DNA from: Candidatus Mediterraneibacter guildfordensis
GTDB taxonomy: Bacteria; Bacillota; Clostridia; Lachnospirales; Lachnospiraceae
Reading direction: 5' to 3'
NCBI GenBank assembly: GCA_019112735.1
Contig: DXIS01000033.1
Location: 18,586-82,585, forward strand
DNA length: 64,000 bases
The position numbers and the translations under genes were made by a program. Shown here one piece after another: positions 56,946 to 64,000 of the stretch (position 1 is the stretch's first letter; each line of letters starts with the position of its first letter). The notes below the pieces were generated by a model. That model worked only from the letters and a program-made list of their open reading frames with translations. It ran no database searches and was not told the DNA's origin.

Positions 56946-58346
56946 TTACTCTCCGCGGATCCCGGTCTTCACGACCGGCACCGGGGTATCATCAACTGCA
57001 TCCAGATCGTTGACATATTTCTTCGTCTCCTTCACGATCACCGGCGACAACAGGAGTACGGCGATCAGGTTGGGGATCGCCATCAGCGCGTTCAGGATGT
57101 CCGCGATCTTCCACACCAGGTCAAGGGCCAGCACCGGGGCGATCAGCGCCACGGCGATATACAGCACTTTATACGGGATCAAGCCCCATTTTCCTGAGAA
57201 ATATTCCACGCAGCGCTCCCCGTAATACGCCCAGCCAAGGATCGTTGAATAGGCGAATGTAATGATCCCGACCACCAGGATAAACGGCCCGAAATACGGG
57301 ATCTGTCCGAATGCCAGTGTGGTCAGTTCGCCGCCGTCCGTGATCTGATCCGCATTGATGGCCGGATTCTTCATGATCGTTGACACCAGTACAAGACCGG
57401 TCATCAGGCAGACTACAACGGTATCCCAGAAGGTTCCCGTAGAGGATACGAGCGCCTGGCGCACCGGGTTCTTCGTCCTCGCCGCCGCGGCCGCGATCGG
57501 CGCGGAACCCATACCGGATTCATTGGAGAAAAGTCCTCTGGCCACTCCGTACTGGATCGCCAGGCGGATCCCGCCGCCCACAAGACCGCCGGCAGCGGCG
57601 CCTTTTGTAAATGCCAGCCGGCAGATCGTCTGGATCGCCGGAATGATATAGTCATAATTGATCCCCAGGATGATCAGGCAGCCGATCACATAGAACAGCG
57701 CCATGAACGGAACCAGTTTCTCGCATACGCTTGCAATAGACTTGATGCCGCCGAAGATCACAAATGCCGTCAGCACTGCCACGACCACGCCGATGATCCA
57801 CGGATCGATCCCCAAGTTCGTACTGCACACTTCCGCAATGGCGTTGACCTGCGTCGCGCAGCCGATGCCAAAAGAGGCGAATCCTGCAAACACGGCAAAG
57901 ATGATGCCAAGCCACTTCATGTGGAGTCCCCTGTCCAGCGCATACATGGCGCCGCCCTGCATACGTCCGTCAGCCGTCTTCACACGGTATTTGACCGCGA
58001 TCAGAGACTCCGCATATTTTGTCGCCATGCCGAACACGCCGGTCAACCAGCACCAGAGCACCGCGCCCGGTCCGCCCAGCGCGATGGCCGTACCCACGCC
58101 GATGATATTTCCCGTACCGATGGTTGACGCCAGCGCCGTCGCAAGGGCGCCGAACTGGCTCACTTCGCCGTCCGCATCCTCTTCCTTGGCAACCGACAGC
58201 GGGATGCCTTTTGTGATCGTCTTCCTCTGGATAAATCCTGTCCGGACCGTCATAAAGATGTGGGTGCCCAGAAGGAGCACGATCATGCCCCATCCCCATA
58301 CAAAGTCATCCACTGACTGTATGACGCCGTAAATCTTATCGTACAT
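56946..58346 (-). CDS. Alanine/glycine:cation symporter (AGCS family)
   Basis: GTGNIIGV, GGPGA, RGLFSNESGMGS, FWDT.VVC, MAIPNL. Confidence 0.94.
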   Translation of the reverse strand: MYDKIYGVIQSVDDFVWGWGMIVLLLGTHIFMTVRTGFIQRKTITKGIPLSVAKEEDADGEVSQFGALATALASTIGTGNIIGVGTAIALGGPGAVLWCWLTGVFGMATKYAESLIAVKYRVKTADGRMQGGAMYALDRGLHMKWLGIIFAVFAGFASFGIGCATQVNAIAEVCSTNLGIDPWIIGVVVAVLTAFVIFGGIKSIASVCEKLVPFMALFYVIGCLIILGINYDYIIPAIQTICRLAFTKGAAAGGLVGGGIRLAIQYGVARGLFSNESGMGSAPIAAAAARTKNPVRQALVSSTGTFWDTVVVCLMTGLVLVSTIMKNPAINADQITDGGELTTLAFGQIPYFGPFILVVGIITFAYSTILGWAYYGERCVEYFSGKWGLIPYKVLYIAVALIAPVLALDLVWKIADILNALMAIPNLIAVLLLSPVIVKETKKYVNDLDAVDDTPVPVVKTGIRGE

Positions 58347-58480
58347 ACGAAATCCTCCTCAAACTCTCATAAATCATTCCTTCTATAACAGATATAAGGC
58401 ATACACACACCCGCCTGCAGGCCGGCATGCCGTATGCCTTAAACCGCGTCTAAACGCTAATATTTTACCGCATTTTCACT

Positions 58481-59971
58481 TTAATGTAAAGAAGTGTTTT
58501 CTGTATCCGCATCAAGTTCGAACCAGAACTCCACGCCGTTATCAAAATTCCGGACGCCGTATTTCTGATGGAAGGATTCCATGATCGCCTTCACGATCGA
58601 CAGTCCGATGCCGTTGCCGCCATACTCTCTTGTATGCGCTTTATCCACTTTGTAGAACTTATCCCACAATTTCGGGACATCTTCCTCCGGGATCGGACGT
58701 CCGCTGTTGTAAACAGAGATGTGCGCTTTCTTTCCTTCTTTTCTGATCCGGACCTCGATCCGCTTCTCGTCCGCCGCATGATGGATCGCATTCGTCAGGT
58801 AGTTCCGGATCACCTGCTCCGCCTTAAATTCATCCGCCCACACATCCAGCTTCTCATCCGCTACAAAATCAACCGTGGCGCCCGCCTGCTGGATCAGGAT
58901 CTCACAGCTTGCGATCACGCCGCGCACCAGGCCCACGATGTCAAACCGTTCAAACTGCACTTCGTCCGCACCGAATTCCAGCTGATTGAGGGTCAGCAGG
59001 TTTTTCACCATATGATTCATCTTGTCCGCTTCATCCATGATCACGTCGCAGTAGAACTCCCGGCTCTCCGGATCGTCATTGATCCCTTCCTTCAGCCCTT
59101 CCGCATACCCCTGGATCAGGGCGATCGGCGTCTTCAGCTCGTGGGACACATTTCCGAGGAATTCATTGCGCATCTCTTCGATCTTCTCTTTCTGCTCAAT
59201 GTCCATCTGAAGCTGATTGTTCGCGCGCTTCAGTTCCGAGATCGTTTTCTCCAGCTGCTCGGACATCTTATTAAAGTTACTGCCCAGCACGCCGATCTCA
59301 TCCCGTCCGCTTCCGGTATACCGGGCGTCAAAGTTCAGATTCGCCATCTCCTGGGACAGCCTTGCCAGCTGCATGACCGGCTGCGTGATCCGCCGGGAGA
59401 AGAGCCAGATCAGCACCCCGCCCAGGATGATGCCCACGCCGCCCAGATAGATCAGGAAGCGGTTGGCAAGGGACGCGCTCTCCCGGATACTTGCCAGCGG
59501 GCTCTGCATGATGAACCAGGATCCGTCCGAAAAGGTTCCCCGCATCTTCAGATACTCCACGTCACTGCCGCTTATGCCCTGTGTCTTGGACCTGTACACA
59601 ATGAAACTGTTGTCTCTTCGCAGCACATCCTCACTGTCGATGTCCCGGACCAGGATCTCCCCGATCATCTGATTGTACCGCAGATCATCCTGGCTCATTG
59701 TGGAGATCTGAGCCTTTCCGCTGCTGTCCAGAACTACAAGATCGATATTTCCCCGCTCCGTCCGGACCAGGATCGTATTTAAAACAGAAGTCACACTGCC
59801 CGTCTGCATGGTCCTGTCAATATCATTATAAGTCCGCACCAGCTCTTCCGTCTTATGAGAAAGATAGTACGTCACGAGAAAGCCGCTGTTGATCAGCAGC
59901 ACCCCGCCCAGGATGAACGCCAGCAATGCGATAAATATTGCCGTGATCTGACGTCTGATTGAATGCTTCAT
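58481..59971 (-). CDS. HAMP sensor histidine kinase
   Basis: Two TMs, HAMP, SHELKTP H-box, NAI, FYKVD, GIGLSIV. Confidence 0.95.
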   Translation of the reverse strand: MKHSIRRQITAIFIALLAFILGGVLLINSGFLVTYYLSHKTEELVRTYNDIDRTMQTGSVTSVLNTILVRTERGNIDLVVLDSSGKAQISTMSQDDLRYNQMIGEILVRDIDSEDVLRRDNSFIVYRSKTQGISGSDVEYLKMRGTFSDGSWFIMQSPLASIRESASLANRFLIYLGGVGIILGGVLIWLFSRRITQPVMQLARLSQEMANLNFDARYTGSGRDEIGVLGSNFNKMSEQLEKTISELKRANNQLQMDIEQKEKIEEMRNEFLGNVSHELKTPIALIQGYAEGLKEGINDDPESREFYCDVIMDEADKMNHMVKNLLTLNQLEFGADEVQFERFDIVGLVRGVIASCEILIQQAGATVDFVADEKLDVWADEFKAEQVIRNYLTNAIHHAADEKRIEVRIRKEGKKAHISVYNSGRPIPEEDVPKLWDKFYKVDKAHTREYGGNGIGLSIVKAIMESFHQKYGVRNFDNGVEFWFELDADTENTSLH

Positions 59972-59983
59972 TGTACTTTTCGC

Positions 59984-60661
59984 CTATCCTACTTCAAATT
60001 TGTACCCCATGCCCCAGATCGTCCGGATGTATTCGCCTTTGTCCCCCAGCTTGCTCCGGAGCTTCTTCACATGCGTATCGATGGTCCTGGCATCGCCGAA
60101 ATAATCATAGTTCCATACATTGTTCAGAATCTTCTCCCTGGACAGTGCGATGCCCGCATTTTCCATAAAGTAGGAAAGAAGTTCGAACTCCTTGTAGCTC
60201 AGTTCGATCTGTTTCCCGTCGATCTCCACGATATGGGCCGCCTTGTCCATCCGGATGCCGCCCGCCTCGATCACATCGCCGCCGGTGTTTCCCATGGTCC
60301 TGCGAAGGATCGCATTGACCCGGGCAACCAGGATCTTCGGGCTGAACGGTTTCGAGATATACTCGTCCACGCCGAGTTCAAATCCCTGCAGTTCATCCCG
60401 CTCTTCCGAACGGGCCGTCAGCATGATGATCGGAACCTTTGATGATTCGCGGATCTCCCGGCATACCTGCCAGCCGTCCATCTTCGGCATCATCACATCG
60501 AGGATGACAAGGGCGATGTCTCTGTCTTCGTAAAAGATGTCCATGGCCTCCATGCCGTCCCCGGCTTCCAGCACCGTGTATCCTTCCCGCACAAGGAAGT
60601 CCTTTACCAGCTTCCGCATCCTGCTCTCATCGTCAACTACCAGTATTTTTATATTTTCCAT
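59984..60661 (-). CDS. OmpR family response regulator
   Basis: VVDDE, LDVMMP, KPF, RTIDTHVKKLR, TIWGMGY. Confidence 0.96.
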   Translation of the reverse strand: MENIKILVVDDESRMRKLVKDFLVREGYTVLEAGDGMEAMDIFYEDRDIALVILDVMMPKMDGWQVCREIRESSKVPIIMLTARSEERDELQGFELGVDEYISKPFSPKILVARVNAILRRTMGNTGGDVIEAGGIRMDKAAHIVEIDGKQIELSYKEFELLSYFMENAGIALSREKILNNVWNYDYFGDARTIDTHVKKLRSKLGDKGEYIRTIWGMGYKFEVG

Positions 60662-60778
60662 CCCAGTCTCCTCCTCCCGGCCGGATCATTATTTTCTATG
60701 TAAACAGTGTAAGTTTAGCAGAAAAATATGTCAATCCTGTGAACCTGCGTCAGAATGCGCTGCTTTTATATTTTCCAC

Positions 60779-60807
60779 TTGCAATCTTCCGCATCCGGTG
60801 ATAAAAT
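60779..60807 (+). promoter_or_regulatory. sigmaA promoter of mntP
   Basis: TTGCAA-N17-TAAAAT about 25 nt before the start. Confidence 0.6.
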
Positions 60808-60832
60808 ACGGGGGCTACGAAGGAGAAAAAAC

Positions 60833-61393
60833 ATGGGATTACTGGAACTTTTCATCCTTGCCGTAGGGTTGTCAATGGACGCTTTCGCGGTATCCGTCTG
60901 CAAGGGGCTCGCCATGCCGAAGATATCGGTCAGAAAAGCCGGGATCGTCGGCCTGTGGTTCGGCGGATTCCAGGCGCTGATGCCGGCCGTCGGCTATCTG
61001 CTGGGCTATCAGTTCAGGGATAAGATCACCGTCATCGATCACTGGATCGCCTTTATCCTGCTCGGGATCATCGGCGCCAATATGATCAAGGAGGCCTGTT
61101 CAAAGGACTGCGAAAGAGAAGACGATTCGCTGGACGTCCGAACGATGTTCCTGCTGGCGGTCGCCACAAGCATTGATGCCCTGGCGGTGGGAATTACATT
61201 TGCATTCCTGGATGTGCATATCATTGCCGCCGTTTCATTTATCGGCGTCACGACCTTTATCATTTCCGCGATCGGAGTAAAGATCGGAAATGTATTTGGA
61301 ACAAAATATAAATCAAAAGCCGAGTTTGCCGGCGGCGCGATCCTGATCCTTCTCGGGATCAAGATCCTGCTGGAGCATCTTGGGATCATTTAA
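60833..61393 (+). CDS. mntP: Manganese efflux pump MntP family
   Basis: [30 protein letters not shown]. Confidence 0.92.
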   Translation: MGLLELFILAVGLSMDAFAVSVCKGLAMPKISVRKAGIVGLWFGGFQALMPAVGYLLGYQFRDKITVIDHWIAFILLGIIGANMIKEACSKDCEREDDSLDVRTMFLLAVATSIDALAVGITFAFLDVHIIAAVSFIGVTTFIISAIGVKIGNVFGTKYKSKAEFAGGAILILLGIKILLEHLGII

Positions 61394-61511
61394 GTCATAT
61401 GGTTTTCCTGTTTCAGCATTCAAACAGGCATATGGCTTTTTTTATTTAAATACGATATTCACGCGCTTCGCATCCGGCGAAGGCATCAATCAGGAAAGGG
61501 GACTTTTAATT

Positions 61512-62861
61512 ATGGAACAGGAAAATTCATTTATGAGGACACGGCCGGTCTTCCGGCTGCTGGTATCCATGTCGGTGCCGATGATGCTCTCCATGCTGAT
61601 CCAGTCGCTCTACAATATCGTTGACAGCATCTATGTATCCTGGCTCGGGACAGACGCGCTGACCGCCGTTTCCCTGGCCTACCCGCTGCAGAATGCCATC
61701 GTATCCGCAGGCGTGGGCGTCGGCGTGGGGATCAGTTCCGCCATCTCCATCCATCTTGGCGCCGGAAGCCAGGAAAAAGCGGACCGGGCGGCCACTATGG
61801 GGATCGTGCTGACCGTATTCCACTGTCTGCTGTTCATCCTGGCCGGACTTTTCATCACCCGGCCCTTCCTGTCGCTTTTCACAGAGGACCCGGCTATCCT
61901 GGAAGACGCCTGCAGCTATACCCGCATCGTCCTGTGCCTGTCATTCGGCGCGCTTCTGCAGATCGCCTTTGAGAAGATCTTCCAGAGCATCGGCAAAATG
62001 AAGATCACCATGCTGCTCCTCATCGCAGGCTGCGTGATCAATATCATCCTGGACCCGATCCTGATCTTCGGGCTTCTCGGCTTCCCGGCGCTGGGCGTCG
62101 CCGGCGCGGCCATCGCCACCGTGATCGGGCAGATCTGCGCCTTTTTGCTGTATATCGTTGTATATATGAGGAAATCCTACGCCGTACACATCCGGGCGAA
62201 ATATATCAGGCCCGACTGGCAGATCATCCGCCAGATCTACAGCGTAGGAATTCCTTCTACCGTTATGATGCTGATGCCGTCCGTACTGATCAGTATCCTG
62301 AACCGGATCCTGGCTTCATTCTCCGATCTGTACGTCGCAGTCCTGGGCGTCTATTACAAGCTCCAGACCTTTATCTACATGCCTGCAAACGGCATCGTAC
62401 AGGGCATGCGTCCCATCCTGGGTTATAATTACGGCGCAGGCGAGACCCGCCGGGTGCGAAGCACCATCCGCTACAGCCTGGTCTGTGCTGCCGCGATCAT
62501 GCTGCTTGGCACGGTTCTGTCCCTGCTGATCCCGGAGCAGATCTTCGCCCTTTTCGATGCGGACGAAGAACTGATGTCAGCCGGCGTGTCAGCACTCCGG
62601 ATCATCTCCGCCGGATTCCTGATCTCCTCCATCGGTGTGATCTATTCCGGTACTTTTGAGGCCCTTGGAGACGGGCGGCGGTCGCTTGTCATCTCCCTGC
62701 TTCGCCAGTTCGTGATCACCATCCCGGTCAGTTTCATCCTCTCCCGGTTCATGGGGCCGGCCGGCATCTGGATCGCATTTCCGGCAGGGGAGATCTGCGC
62801 GGCCGTTGTCGCATTCTTCCTGCTGCGCTTCTATCAGAAGGGTGCCTTCTCACCTTTCTGA
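61512..62861 (+). CDS. MATE family efflux transporter
   Basis: QSLYNIVDS, NIILDPILIFG, GVAGAAIAT, GYNYGA. Confidence 0.94.
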   Translation: MEQENSFMRTRPVFRLLVSMSVPMMLSMLIQSLYNIVDSIYVSWLGTDALTAVSLAYPLQNAIVSAGVGVGVGISSAISIHLGAGSQEKADRAATMGIVLTVFHCLLFILAGLFITRPFLSLFTEDPAILEDACSYTRIVLCLSFGALLQIAFEKIFQSIGKMKITMLLLIAGCVINIILDPILIFGLLGFPALGVAGAAIATVIGQICAFLLYIVVYMRKSYAVHIRAKYIRPDWQIIRQIYSVGIPSTVMMLMPSVLISILNRILASFSDLYVAVLGVYYKLQTFIYMPANGIVQGMRPILGYNYGAGETRRVRSTIRYSLVCAAAIMLLGTVLSLLIPEQIFALFDADEELMSAGVSALRIISAGFLISSIGVIYSGTFEALGDGRRSLVISLLRQFVITIPVSFILSRFMGPAGIWIAFPAGEICAAVVAFFLLRFYQKGAFSPF

Positions 62862-62907
62862 CAGGCGGCAGATATCTTGCGGCTCTGACTGCCGTTCCGG
62901 CGGCAGC

Positions 62908-63984
62908 TCAGAACAGCTTCGCAAGGCTCTCCGTATACGGGGGATAACAGATCCCTTTCTCTGTGACGATCGCCGTGATCAGACTGTGATCCGTCACATC
63001 AAAGGAAGGATTGTAGCATTTCACATCCCCCGGAGCCACCGGCTCCCCGTAAAACTTCTCTTTGATCTCTTCCGGATCCCGCAACTCGATATGGATATCG
63101 TCTCCGGTCGGACAATTCATGTCGATGGACGATGTCGGTCCCAGCACATAGAACGGGATCCCGTAATACTTCGCCAGCACCGCCACGCCGCTGGTGCCGA
63201 TCTTGTTCGCCGCGTCGCCGTTCGCCGCCACCCGGTCGCACCCCACCATGCATGCCTGAACCCAGCCGTTTTTCATCACGATGCTGGCCATATTGTCGCA
63301 GATCAGCGTCACATCGATCCCCGCACGCTGCAGTTCCCAGGCAGTCAGCCGCGCACCCTGCAGGAGCGGGCGCGTCTCATCCGCAAAGACACGGAACTCC
63401 ATGCCCCGCTCTTTCCCGAGGAACAGCGGTCCCTGCCCGGTCCCGTACCGGGAGGTGGCAAGAGGTCCGGCGTTGCAGTGGGTGAGAATCCCGTCGCCGT
63501 CTTTGAGAAGCGACAGCCCGTATTCTGATATCGCACGGCACATCGCCATATCTTCCTCATGGATCTTCAGACATTCCTCTTTCAAAAGTTTCAGGATGTC
63601 CGGGATCCTTTTTCCTTCATTTTCCGTCACCACGCGTTCCATCCGATTCAGCGCCCAGCTCAGGTTCACCGCCGTCGGGCGTGCCGAGTCAAGGTACTCT
63701 TTCTGCCTGTGGAATTCCCTCAGGAACCCGTCATAGTCCGTCGCTTCGATCCGGCGCGCCAGACAGTAGATCCCGTATCCGGCGCAGATGCCGATCGCCG
63801 GCGCACCCCGGACCTGCAGCCGGTTGATGGCCGTCCATATTTCCTCCGCCGTGGTCAGCGTAAGATATTCCGTCCGGTTCGGAAGCTGCGTCTGATCGAT
63901 AATAACAACCGCTGTACCATCGTCGCTTAATCGTACACTCCGGATGTGGGTAACACGTCCGATATCTGTAGTCATATTGCTCAT
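62908..63984 (-). CDS. mtnA: S-methyl-5-thioribose-1-phosphate isomerase
   Basis: [51 protein letters not shown]. Confidence 0.95.
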   Translation of the reverse strand: MSNMTTDIGRVTHIRSVRLSDDGTAVVIIDQTQLPNRTEYLTLTTAEEIWTAINRLQVRGAPAIGICAGYGIYCLARRIEATDYDGFLREFHRQKEYLDSARPTAVNLSWALNRMERVVTENEGKRIPDILKLLKEECLKIHEEDMAMCRAISEYGLSLLKDGDGILTHCNAGPLATSRYGTGQGPLFLGKERGMEFRVFADETRPLLQGARLTAWELQRAGIDVTLICDNMASIVMKNGWVQACMVGCDRVAANGDAANKIGTSGVAVLAKYYGIPFYVLGPTSSIDMNCPTGDDIHIELRDPEEIKEKFYGEPVAPGDVKCYNPSFDVTDHSLITAIVTEKGICYPPYTESLAKLF

Positions 63985-64000
63985 CTCCTTATTGCTCTAA

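Noticed and set aside
60662-60832. Possible yybP-ykoY manganese riboswitch before mntP
   Set aside because: A good promoter sits about 25 nt before the start, leaving no room for an aptamer
1-64000. High frequency of GATCC/CCGGA words
   Set aside because: Spread uniformly through coding regions; a genome-wide compositional signature, not a local element

Overview
Chromosomal core region of a GC-rich, spore-forming anaerobic Firmicute. The gene set and order (sipL-ispE-gntR-spoIIR, addBA, ylmC-nrdR, dapL) suggest Lachnospiraceae; this is an inference. It holds about 64 CDSs and one tRNA-Gly(CCC). There is no integrase, transposase, prophage or CRISPR array. Contents: housekeeping genes (dapL, glmM, ispE, plsC, addAB, trxA, exoA, truA, nrdR, hflX, ung, hisHF, mtnA), sporulation genes, and a pectin/rhamnogalacturonan-monomer catabolic cluster (kduI, kduD, kdgK, eda, rhaB-like kinase, FucI/AraA-fold isomerase, AraC and IclR regulators with a visible operator). 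It also has metal-handling genes, small alarmone synthetase and hydrolase genes, an orphan PduB shell gene and an AT-richer MNT-HEPN toxin-antitoxin pair. Best leads: (1) a 234-bp intergenic rod-like hairpin whose in-stem mismatches are all G.U on one strand; (2) a thioesterase-esterase-membrane-anchored HxxxDG acyltransferase operon; (3) an RBS-sequestering hairpin overlapping the sigmaF-like promoter of spoIIR; (4) a carbamate kinase homologue with most catalytic motifs altered; (5) a candidate non-orthologous rhamnose isomerase; (6) an alarmone hydrolase-orphan ParA-AraC operon beside a divergent PduB. All calls come from motif recognition by eye; no database searches were run, so novelty is unverified.
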